A stretch of DNA of 56,254 nucleotides from Candidatus Bathyarchaeota archaeon. GTDB taxonomy: Archaea; Thermoproteota; Bathyarchaeia; Bathyarchaeales; Bathycorpusculaceae. Shown here in pieces: positions 10,859 to 19,333 of this stretch. Location of the stretch: positions 1 through 56,254 of the forward strand of contig CAVTZU010000026.1 of assembly GCA_963739305.1 (NCBI GenBank), written 5' to 3'. Below the pieces are notes generated by a model, which searched no databases, was not told the DNA's origin, and worked only from the letters and a program-made list of their open reading frames with translations. The translations under genes were made by a program, and so were the position numbers. Within the stretch, counting starts at the first letter, position 1. The number at the start of each line of letters is the position of its first letter.

Positions 10859-10991
10859 TGGTGGGGTCGCTGGGATTTGAACCCAGGATCGCCAACGCCC
10901 CAGGCTGGTATACTGAACCATTCTAGGAAACGGGAAACCATGATCACCAACAAAATGACCGAAATCCCGCTTCAAGCTATACGACGACCCC
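10859..10991 (-). tRNA. tRNA-Pro(GGG) with a 54-nt D-loop intron (10921..10974), CCA encoded
   Basis: Minus strand reads GGGGTCG TC GTATAGCT [intron] TGGTTCAGTAT A CCAGC CT GGG GC GTTGG CGATC CTGGG TTCAAAT CCCAG CGACCCC A CCA. Confidence 0.9.
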
Positions 10992-11962
10992 AACAACCCG
11001 AAACAACACCACAACAACTAAATAAACTATCTCAAAACCCCAAAGGAATACGAACGCCAAGATCAGAACCCGCAAACCACACCGAAGAAATCCAAAAGAC
11101 TCTAGCATTAATGACCATACGCGGAAAAGCCAAAAGCACAATCAACAACGCAAGACGAAAACTAAACCACCTATCCCGTGTATGCAATCTGTCAGACCCA
11201 AACGACGTAACCGAAGCTATCGGCTATTCAAACCTAGACAACTCTAGCAAGAACTCATACTCATACTTTTACGCATGGCACGCCAAAGCAAACCAAATCA
11301 CGTATCAACGCCAACACTTCAAATACGAACTACCCGCACCCATAATGCCAACGACAAGCCAAGTCAACCGCATCATATCAGCCACGACAACAAAATACGC
11401 AACAATCTTCAAGCTAATGACCAAGACCGCAGTAGAACCCGAAGAACTACACCGAACCCACCGAAACCAATTCGACCCCACCCAAAACGTAATCACGATC
11501 AAAGGTCTAAAAGGTCACAGTAGCCAAGCGTACCCACTAGTCGAAAACGTCGCCCTAATGCTCAAAGCCTACCTGGCAAAATACACCGAAGAATACCCAT
11601 TCCCTTCAGCCAAATCAATGTCCGAAATGTGGCAACGAGCAAGAACCAAAGCCGCCGCCAACCACAACGACCCAACACTCTTAAAGATTCCACTCAAAAA
11701 CCTACGCAACTATTCGGGCGCACAACACTACCTAAACATGGAACGCCCCGACCCCATAGACACAATGCGACACTTCCGACACAAACGCATGGAAACAACA
11801 ATGCACTACCTACGAAACATGGTAATCGACCAAGATCCACACTACGACGTAAGAGAAGCCACAACACCCGAACAATGCAAAGAACTAGGACAAAAAGGCT
11901 ACACTAAATTCGATGAAATAGACGGAAAACACCTGTACCGAAAACGACAACAAACAGACTAA
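10940..11962 (+). CDS. Tyrosine recombinase/integrase (divergent catalytic box I)
   Basis: FKLMTKTAVEPEEL (box I), IKGLKGH, LKNLRNY (HxxR-like) and FRHKRMETTMHY (box II H...Y). Lies next to a tRNA. Start codon uncertain; the frame is open from 10877. Confidence 0.8.
   Translation: MITNKMTEIPLQAIRRPQQPETTPQQLNKLSQNPKGIRTPRSEPANHTEEIQKTLALMTIRGKAKSTINNARRKLNHLSRVCNLSDPNDVTEAIGYSNLDNSSKNSYSYFYAWHAKANQITYQRQHFKYELPAPIMPTTSQVNRIISATTTKYATIFKLMTKTAVEPEELHRTHRNQFDPTQNVITIKGLKGHSSQAYPLVENVALMLKAYLAKYTEEYPFPSAKSMSEMWQRARTKAAANHNDPTLLKIPLKNLRNYSGAQHYLNMERPDPIDTMRHFRHKRMETTMHYLRNMVIDQDPHYDVREATTPEQCKELGQKGYTKFDEIDGKHLYRKRQQTD
11019..11026 (-). promoter_or_regulatory. Putative TATA box of tRNA-Pro(GGG)
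   Basis: TTTATTTA on the minus strand about 28-35 nt upstream of the tRNA 5' end, inside the recombinase ORF. Confidence 0.4.
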
Positions 11963-12043
11963 TGCTATTCCGAAAACGCAAATAACCCCCTCTTTTTCTG
12001 CAGCCTCGCCTATATTCGTTACGTGCGCCGTTAAGCGCGCGTG

Positions 12044-12580
12044 CTAGATTTCTGCTAGTTCTCTTATGTAGGCAATATACTCTGGACACAATTCAGCCAT
12101 CGCATAATTGTGTCCGTTATCAGAATAAGTAGCAAGTTTCCTGTCGCTTCCAACGACGCTATGCATAGCACCGATTCTTATCCAGTCAGCCTTTTCCACT
12201 GCCCCACTAACTTCGTTCAGAGTTCCCTTTCTACTTATAAACTCCAAATGCCCTATTAACCGCCGTTTCTTTTCTTCTTTAAATCCATTGATAATATTAG
12301 AGTAAGTTAGTAACTCCATTAACAATGCAAGATCAACGTGTGAAGGTGACCAAGTTAACCATGCGCCTTTTGTTTCAACATCATCAAATTCGAAATCCTC
12401 TCCTCCCACATACGTAAACAAGGTTAGACGATTCTTTTCAGGTGTAGGATTAACCCTCAGGTTCGTTCTGCTGAAGTCATCATAAAAGTGAAAAACCACT
12501 AAAAACGTCTTGGTTTTCTCTTTCCATTGCCACTCAACAAACACAGGCACATTTTCCTCTCCAAATGGCTCGTTGTTCAA
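12044..12580 (-). CDS. Hypothetical cargo protein
   Basis: AT-rich ORF with probable TTG start at 12580 downstream of TATATA. Bracketed by (GC)n motifs at 12035 and 12624. Confidence 0.6.
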   Translation of the reverse strand: MNNEPFGEENVPVFVEWQWKEKTKTFLVVFHFYDDFSRTNLRVNPTPEKNRLTLFTYVGGEDFEFDDVETKGAWLTWSPSHVDLALLMELLTYSNIINGFKEEKKRRLIGHLEFISRKGTLNEVSGAVEKADWIRIGAMHSVVGSDRKLATYSDNGHNYAMAELCPEYIAYIRELAEI

Positions 12581-12672
12581 CCAGATTATCAGCAAGCAAC
12601 TGCTATATAGTGTTGGCCAAGAAGCGCGCGCTCGCGCCATATTTCATCATCACACATTGCCTTCAACACATC

Positions 12673-12724
12673 TGTCGCGCTCGCGTCACGCTCGCGCTCC
12701 AACCCACAAAAACTCGCGCGCGCG
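12673..12724 (+). repeat. 52-bp direct repeat, copy 1
   Basis: tgtcgcgctcgcgtcacgctcgcgctccaacccacaaaaactcgcgcgcgcg; 49/52 identical to 13922..13973. Confidence 0.9.
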
Positions 12725-12748
12725 CTACTTCTCTATCTTTCTCTACTT

Positions 12749-12804
12749 CAGACGACAGACAGTACCAGACAGACACACAGACAGACAAACACAGACACAG
12801 ACAG
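12749..12804 (+). repeat. Imperfect (CAGA/CA)n simple repeat
   Basis: cagacgacagacagtaccagacagacacacagacagacaaacacagacacagacag. Confidence 0.8.
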
Positions 12805-12928
12805 AAATCTTTAATCTGCACAGCAACAGAAGACAAACTAGGTAACCGTACTAGTTTTTGGTATGCGATGTACCAAAGCTTAGGATAAAATTCAACATGG
12901 ATATATTGCTAGTAAGTGGGTTTTCAAA

Positions 12929-13510
12929 ATGAATGAAAAAAAGGTTGTTAGACGAAGCTTTGCAATTGGACTAAGTATAATCTGCATCGTTGTGGTAGCT
13001 GGTTTGGTAGGAGCACTTGCATATTATCACTACACTCCAACAATAAACGATAAGGACACGGTCATCTCTTCTCTGAACGCTGAGATCAGTCAATTGAATT
13101 CCACTATATTGAGTCTCCAAGAACAAGTGGGAACAGAAAATCTTACGATTAATTATTTGAAGACGATTTTGAATGGAACAATAACTCCCTTAGGAATAAT
13201 CACGAGCAATCCTTCTGTTTGGGTAAACACAACAGTATTAGTTCAAGGTAATCTAACCGAACTTCCCTCGACAGCTTATGTTCCTTGGCAAATACCCCCA
13301 CCATGGAATTACCTGCTAACCTCTAGTGATGGTATTGACCAAATCGGTGTCCAATCTGGAGTGCGTGCACTATCGACTGTCCCATTAAACTCTTCACAAA
13401 ACCAAATATTCGGTAGTGTTAGACAAGGGATAGAGAATCTCAACGGGACCAACATTACGGTGTTCTACATTGAAGCTTTAATAGTCGACGGAAGTCCGAT
13501 TGAGTACTAA
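12929..13510 (+). CDS. Membrane-anchored hypothetical protein (TM, coiled coil, possible OB-like domain)
   Basis: Hydrophobic N-terminus FAIGLSIICIVVVAGLVGALAYY, heptad segment ISSLNAEISQLNSTILSLQEQV, many N-x-S/T sites. Confidence 0.7.
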   Translation: MNEKKVVRRSFAIGLSIICIVVVAGLVGALAYYHYTPTINDKDTVISSLNAEISQLNSTILSLQEQVGTENLTINYLKTILNGTITPLGIITSNPSVWVNTTVLVQGNLTELPSTAYVPWQIPPPWNYLLTSSDGIDQIGVQSGVRALSTVPLNSSQNQIFGSVRQGIENLNGTNITVFYIEALIVDGSPIEY

Positions 13511-13554
13511 ATTGAAGCAACACAATAGAACCATGCTTTCCTTTTCTAGTCTAG

Positions 13555-13908
13555 CGCGCGCGAATCGTCACCAACGAAGAAATTGACTTCTTCGCGGAAT
13601 ACTTCCTTTGGGCAAATTACAAACAATATGTATCCAAACTAATTGAAGCATCACGCAAAATAATAAACGACCTCAATATCACGCGCGCGCTCAAACTCGA
13701 ACAATCACAAAACCTCAATCCACCACCAAACAAAATCCTAGTTCAAGTAATGGACATCAAAGATATACCAAAACCCGAACGTCAGAAAAAGCACCATGCC
13801 ACCAGAAACCAAACGCATACTAATAAAAGCAGGCTTCAAAAACGTTACAAAAACAGGCAAACACAAAACCAAACACAAATAACCCCTCTTTTCGTCTATC
13901 CAACGTAA
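13555..13908 (+). pseudogene. Start-less gene fragment beginning at a (GC)n motif
   Basis: Open frame RARIVTNEEIDFFAEYFLWANYKQYVSKLIEASRKIINDLNITRALKLEQ... with A/C-biased codons and no upstream start codon. Confidence 0.45.
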
Positions 13909-13921
13909 AGCTTAACCATCA

Positions 13922-13973
13922 TGTCGCGCTCGCATCCCGCTCGCGCTCCAACCCACAAAAACTAGCGCGCGCG
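13922..13973 (+). repeat. 52-bp direct repeat, copy 2
   Basis: tgtcgcgctcgcatcccgctcgcgctccaacccacaaaaactagcgcgcgcg. Confidence 0.9.
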
Positions 13974-14083
13974 AGGTAATATGACGACTAAAGATGAGAA
14001 ACCTAACATATAGCCCAACTAGCGCGCGCTACGAAACTTCTATATATACTAGGTATCCAACCTTGGACAGGTGGAGATCGAAT

Positions 14084-14317
14084 ATGAAACCTGAACACTA
14101 TAAACCGATAAGGAAAGGAAAGCCCAAACGAAAAGGCAAAATTAGCGCAATGAAAAGTCGAATGCTTGCAGTAGCTCGTCGAGAAAGGACACCCATTACT
14201 TCTCCACAATTGCGTGAAATTTACTCTACTAAAATAGAATGGGTTAGATTGGGCAAGGGAGCTAATTCCCAAATTGATAAAAGAAGCAGAAGGGCTGAAA
14301 GAAAAACAAGATCTTAG
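14084..14317 (+). CDS. Small, highly basic hypothetical protein
   Basis: TATATATA at 14041, GGTGGAG SD-like sequence, ATG at 14084. K/R-rich, 77 aa. Confidence 0.55.
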   Translation: MKPEHYKPIRKGKPKRKGKISAMKSRMLAVARRERTPITSPQLREIYSTKIEWVRLGKGANSQIDKRSRRAERKTRS

Positions 14318-14467
14318 ATAAGCACACGCGTTTTAGAAAAAGCCCCGTTGGTTAACAGACTTTTCTAAGACCTTAAGAGTCACCAGAACCAAGAACCAAA
14401 AAAGATATGCACAGCTATGTGCAGAACCCGAATTGCCCAAGCTATTGAAAATTCAGGAGATAAAACC

Positions 14468-14542
14468 ATGACTGCACAAGAACAAGCCAACCTCACACCA
14501 CAAAGCAACAACACAGAAATTACTAAGGCTCGCGCGCGCTAA
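14468..14542 (+). pseudogene. 5' gene stub terminated at a (GC)n motif
   Basis: AGGAG SD then ATG; MTAQEQANLTPQSNNTEITKARAR* with the stop formed at CGCGCGC-TAA. Confidence 0.35.
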
Positions 14543-14563
14543 TAATTCGTATGATTGGCGCAG

Positions 14564-15202
14564 TTATTTTTGTTGTGGCGCGGCCGCTACACATTGATTT
14601 AGACTGCATAGTCTTCGCTGTATCTCTTGGATACGTTCTTTCATAGTCATAACAGGCATTGTGACACCGAGTGCTTCCCAAGTATGGGAGTAGTCATCTA
14701 GTTTTCCATTAACAAGTTTGGTTAAACAACTGATAGCAGCATTCTCATTTCCTGTTAGAGATATTGCTCTGACATCGGCAGCTATTTCTTGCTCTTTAGC
14801 GATGACAGACAAAGGTGGAGGGATATTGAGTAGGTACAGAAAAGCTTTTGCCCCATTTATAAAGGCGTGAACATCGCGGTTGCAGTTTCTTATGAGTTCA
14901 TCGATGAATCCATCAATAGCACGAGGTACAACATGATTAAGATAGATGTGGGAAGTTTCATGTGCCAACATGAACCTTTGTTCATCGTATGTTAGAGTTC
15001 TGTTCAAGTAATCCTTGTTTACGGACACGTTTCCGAAAGCTACGTTGACTTTCAGATTTACGACAGGAATCGTGCCGTTAATATATAGTCCTATAGCCTT
15101 TGCTATGTCGTCCCGACAATTGGTAACAACGACAACTCGCATGTCAACATTCAAAGACTCTAAAAACTGATTGACTTCAATTTGCATCTCTTGTATCTGC
15201 AT
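14564..15202 (-). CDS. M48/HtpX-like zinc metallopeptidase domain protein
   Basis: LTYDEQRFMLAHETSH (HExxH), QEIAAD and ERI motifs. Confidence 0.8.
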   Translation of the reverse strand: MQIQEMQIEVNQFLESLNVDMRVVVVTNCRDDIAKAIGLYINGTIPVVNLKVNVAFGNVSVNKDYLNRTLTYDEQRFMLAHETSHIYLNHVVPRAIDGFIDELIRNCNRDVHAFINGAKAFLYLLNIPPPLSVIAKEQEIAADVRAISLTGNENAAISCLTKLVNGKLDDYSHTWEALGVTMPVMTMKERIQEIQRRLCSLNQCVAAAPQQK

Positions 15203-15248
15203 TAAGATCTCTGGTAGTTACATTGTAAACTTGATAAACCTTCTGATA

Positions 15249-15284
15249 GCGCGCGTGTGTGTCTGTCTGTGCGTGTGCGCGCGC
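15249..15284. repeat. Alternating purine-pyrimidine tract between two (GC)n motifs
   Basis: gcgcgcgtgtgtgtctgtctgtgcgtgtgcgcgcgc. Confidence 0.75.
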
Positions 15285-15389
15285 TTAGGTAAAGGATGTC
15301 TTCGGCCTTATCATACCTGATAGTAGCGCGCGAGAAAGCAATAGACATTTACACCAAGACCAACCTTCAGCAGTAGGTGGTTCGCGTTT

Positions 15390-16479
15390 ATGGCGGCGAT
15401 GTCCAAGCCTAGACTAACCAAGAGGATTATTCTTTTCATAGCCGTCGGGTTGGCGACGCTTCTTTTTTACCTCCTCTATTTCGTCGGCACCATGAACATC
15501 GCTGGTGTGGTCAGTCAGACAAACATTCCTTACTATGCATCGGCTTTTTTTGCCTTCATTTTAAGTGTCTTTTTTTCTTCCTTGACATGGCGCAGTCTGC
15601 TCAGAAGCATTGACGTTAGAATCAGCGTTCGGAGAGCGTTGGCGTTCACGTGGGTCGGGTTGTTTTTTGACTCGGTGGTTCCTGATCCGGGCTGGAGTGG
15701 AGACTTGTCGAAGGCTTACATGCTGTCCAAAGATTTAGGGGAAGACGGCGGTAGGATCGCAGCATCGGTCGTGGGTCAAAAAATCATAGTCATGGGGGTG
15801 ACCGTTCTCGACCTGTTTTTAGGTCTGGTGCTTCTTGCTTTGAACTACACTCTGCCGGGAAGTGTGATTCTGTTCATTGTTTTGGTCTTGGTGGTAACGG
15901 TCGCCTCGTTAGTTGTGTTGTGGTACTTGAGTTCGAACCCCAAAGCCACGAAAACCCTGTTGGACTGGTTCGTGCGCTTTCTTTCTTTCTTCTTGAGAGG
16001 GCGTTGGAATTCTGAAGATTTTCGCGTGAGGGCAGAAAACGTGTTGGACAAGTTTCATGAGGGCATGCGAAGCTTGAACTGCTAAGCCGAGAGCTTTGGT
16101 GCGGCCTGTGGGTTTGTCTCTTGCAGCTTGGGTTTTTGATATTTCGGTTGTGTTTTTAGTGTTCACGTCTTTGAAGTTTCCTGTATCGTTGGATAAGGTA
16201 CTGATCGTTTATGCTTTGACGGGGAGTCTTCAAGCCTGGGGGGTTTCCTTACTGGGTTTCACCGAGATAATCATGAGCGGCGCGTATACGATACTCGGTA
16301 TCCCGTTGGCGATCAGTCTGGCCGCAACTCTGTTGATTCGGGTTATAACCCTCTGGTTCAAACTTGTGTTGTCCTATTTCGCGTTTCAATGGGCAGGCGT
16401 CCACATTATTCTCGGCCAACACCCTGAACGGTCCAAGTATCAAGCAGGCAAGAGTCAAGTAGAAACGCGAGATCACTAG
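15390..16479 (+). CDS. Flippase-like / lysylphosphatidylglycerol synthase TM-domain protein (UPF0104), +1 frameshift near 16077
   Basis: Polytopic membrane protein with W-R-x-LL, VP...SGDLSKAYML and LLIRVITLWF motifs, split into two ORFs. Confidence 0.75.
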
Positions 16480-16780
16480 GATGGTAGCGTCTTGAAATCG
16501 GATGCTTTCGAAGGTTTGACATGGTTAGCATTCGGTCAACGCTTTTTGTTTCCATTCGTCTTGTTTTTCAAGTCTTTCCCAAGCGCGCTCCACCGCTTAC
16601 GATGACTATTTCCCATGAACTTGCATTTTCTACAGACATAATCGTCGTTCCAGTTCCCCTACGACGGGAATATTTGACAGAATCGGGGCATCCTCCGCAT
16701 TACAGCTCTAGTTAGAGGACCTGATTTTGGAGCTACTCCCACAATTCATAAAAACCAAAACGAAACAATTAAGAAGCAAC

Positions 16781-19243
16781 ATGAAAAAGAGATTCGTTCT
16801 GCTCACACTCATTATGTTACTGGCCGCCAGCATAACTGCCTGTTACCGCACTTGGCCGGTAGGCGCGGTAAACTGGGTCGAGGGACACTTGACTTCTGAC
16901 ACGACATGGGTTTCCAACGACACATACCGAGTTATAGGGGACACATACGTCGATTCAGGCGTAACCCTTACAGTAACGCCTGGTGTCCGCGTCGAGTTTG
17001 CAGACGGATTTTCTTTGAAAGTCGAAGGCAGCCTTAACGCAACTGGAACGCCAACAGAACCGATAGTCTTCACCTCAAGTCGAACACAACCCGCACCCGG
17101 CGCGTGGGGAGACATAGAGTTCAGGGCAAACAATTCTGGACATTTCACGCTCAAGTACTGCAGGATCGAATATGCAAACCATGCCATAATAATCAACAGT
17201 CCCGCAGAAGAAATCATTGTCCAAAACGAGTTCGTAAACAACTCTGAAAGTGGCATCCACATCTACGGCGACTCCAACGCAACCATCACGGGCAACACGA
17301 TCACCTTCAACAAAAATGGCATAACAAGCGAGGAAGCAGTTGTATCGAATGTTCGAATTGTCAACAATTCAATCTCTCACAATATGGGCGAGGGCATGCA
17401 CATTCAAGCGAGCGGTAACAATTTCTCGCGCCTCAGTGATATAACGATCACAAACAACGTCATATCGAACAACTCGGGAAGCGGCATAAACCTGAATTCG
17501 CTCGCAAGAACCGATGATCCTTACACGTACGAAAGCCATGCGTACATTGAAAATGTCTTGGTCTCGGAAAACCAAGTGACTTCGAACGGTCAAGACGGCA
17601 TAATTGTCGAGGCCGAAGGCCGCTGCAGTGAGTATCTTCTAAACGTTAGAAAAGGATATTCTTACATCGACAATCTAACCGTGGCAAGCAACGTCGTTTC
17701 ATCAAACGAAGGAAACGGAATATTTGTTCACTCGCAAGGCTATGGATTCTTCGGAGAAAGTTACGGCAACATCCAAAACACGCTTATCACCTCAAACAAC
17801 GGAACGGAAAACGGAAACAACGGCCTGGAAATATTCTCCGAAGGAGTGACTGATGGAAGCTACGCTTCAGGCGGTGGCGGAGTAATTCAGAACGTCACGA
17901 TAACAAACGACACGTTCTCTTCGAATGGCCAAGACGGCATCCAGCTGTTCAGCAAGGGCCAAGCGGACATTATGTCCGTCAGCTCTATCAGCGCTGTGGA
18001 AATAACCCGGAATGATGCCTCTTCTAACAAAGGTAATGGAATCAGCCTCCTGACCAACAGCCAAGGAAGCAGAGGAGGAGATGCCTCCATCAACGCCACG
18101 ACGATCTCAGGCAACAAGGCACTATCGAACGAAGAGAACGGCTTTCTAATCCAACCACATACGCGTGAGCAAGCATACGTCCAAAACATTCAATTCCAAG
18201 AAAACGAAGCATCCTTAAATGGACAAAACGGTTTGATGATCGCCCCCATAAGCAGACGCTTCCTCACCGAGAACATCGAAATCGAAAAAACAACCACGCT
18301 ACTCAATGCAGAGAACGGCATAGCCGTCCATCACTTTGGGGTTCAACTGCCCAACTTTCCTGTTACAGCATACTACGAAGAATTTGTGGTCAACGTTACG
18401 ATTAGGAACTGTATAACCTCACGCAACGGAGAGCGAGGTTTCTCGATCGAGCCAGACCCGCAATTTTACATCACCAACCCGGCGTACAACAGGTACGATA
18501 ACGGAGCTATCGAAGAACTAACAGTAGAAAATAGTACCATCATAGCAAATGACGTTGGAATATTCATATGTCCGCCAGTATCTTCACCTCAAGGCCAGAC
18601 CACAGAAATCGCTTACAACTCGATACGCGACAACCACCTTGCAATAGAGATCGTCGACGAACAAAACAACTCAGTCCACTATAACGACATCTTCGAAAAC
18701 AACAACGGAATGAACATAACTGACGTTGCAACAGCAGATGCCGAGAACAATTACTGGGGCGACGAGTCTGGTCCCTACCACTACTCGCTAAACCCAAACG
18801 GCAAAGGCAATTCTGTGGGCGGAAACGGCATGAACCTGAAATTCATTCCTTTCCTGACTTCACCAACTATGCCTGTCGATCTTCCGCCGACGGCTCTGCT
18901 GTTCCTCCAGAACAGCACTGTCTATTTGAACGAAACCATCGAGTTCGACGCTTCCAACTCAACCGACAGAACAGGAATACGATTCTGGTCCTTTGATTTC
19001 GGAGATGGTACAAACACAAAATGGACATCCACATCAACGATTGCGCACTATTATTCGGCAACCGGAACCTACAACGTGATTGTAAGCGTCATGAATGATG
19101 AGGGCCTCATAGGACAAAACAGTAGCCTGGTTAAGGTTCAAGTCAAAGCAATTCCAGAGATCTCACTGCCTTTCATTCTTCCATTTTTCACGCTTGTGAC
19201 AGGACTGACAATCACGTTATACAGGAAAAAGCATTTCAAGTAA
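16781..19243 (+). CDS. Secreted right-handed beta-helix repeat protein with PKD domain and PEF-CTERM-like anchor
   Basis: Signal peptide, many NxISxNxxxGI repeats, ENNYWG, FDFGDG (PKD) and a C-terminal IPEI + TM + RKK tail. Confidence 0.85.
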   Translation: MKKRFVLLTLIMLLAASITACYRTWPVGAVNWVEGHLTSDTTWVSNDTYRVIGDTYVDSGVTLTVTPGVRVEFADGFSLKVEGSLNATGTPTEPIVFTSSRTQPAPGAWGDIEFRANNSGHFTLKYCRIEYANHAIIINSPAEEIIVQNEFVNNSESGIHIYGDSNATITGNTITFNKNGITSEEAVVSNVRIVNNSISHNMGEGMHIQASGNNFSRLSDITITNNVISNNSGSGINLNSLARTDDPYTYESHAYIENVLVSENQVTSNGQDGIIVEAEGRCSEYLLNVRKGYSYIDNLTVASNVVSSNEGNGIFVHSQGYGFFGESYGNIQNTLITSNNGTENGNNGLEIFSEGVTDGSYASGGGGVIQNVTITNDTFSSNGQDGIQLFSKGQADIMSVSSISAVEITRNDASSNKGNGISLLTNSQGSRGGDASINATTISGNKALSNEENGFLIQPHTREQAYVQNIQFQENEASLNGQNGLMIAPISRRFLTENIEIEKTTTLLNAENGIAVHHFGVQLPNFPVTAYYEEFVVNVTIRNCITSRNGERGFSIEPDPQFYITNPAYNRYDNGAIEELTVENSTIIANDVGIFICPPVSSPQGQTTEIAYNSIRDNHLAIEIVDEQNNSVHYNDIFENNNGMNITDVATADAENNYWGDESGPYHYSLNPNGKGNSVGGNGMNLKFIPFLTSPTMPVDLPPTALLFLQNSTVYLNETIEFDASNSTDRTGIRFWSFDFGDGTNTKWTSTSTIAHYYSATGTYNVIVSVMNDEGLIGQNSSLVKVQVKAIPEISLPFILPFFTLVTGLTITLYRKKHFK

Positions 19244-19333
19244 TCTATCCCGTGTGAATCCTTCAAGAAACTGCAACAACTTTATATGTCCACTGACAAG
19301 CCATTGCAAAACAAGAATCAACTTCAAACAGAA

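Larger units (their letters stand above)
10992..15332. mobile_element. tRNA-Pro-adjacent integrase island / mosaic of cargo cassettes
   Basis: Recombinase, AT-rich cargo ORFs, gene fragments, direct repeats and 11 (GC)n motifs. No duplicated att site was found, so the right boundary is inferred. Confidence 0.6.

Noticed and set aside
10859-10925. tRNA-Pro 3' fragment as an attR duplication
   Set aside because: The 5' half is present at 10975..10991 beyond an intron, so the gene is complete. No second copy was seen in the window.
12035-15332. Classical integron or CRISPR array
   Set aside because: No attC-type RYYYAAC...GTTRRRY sites or evident IntI-like features, no regularly spaced repeat-spacer units and no cas genes.
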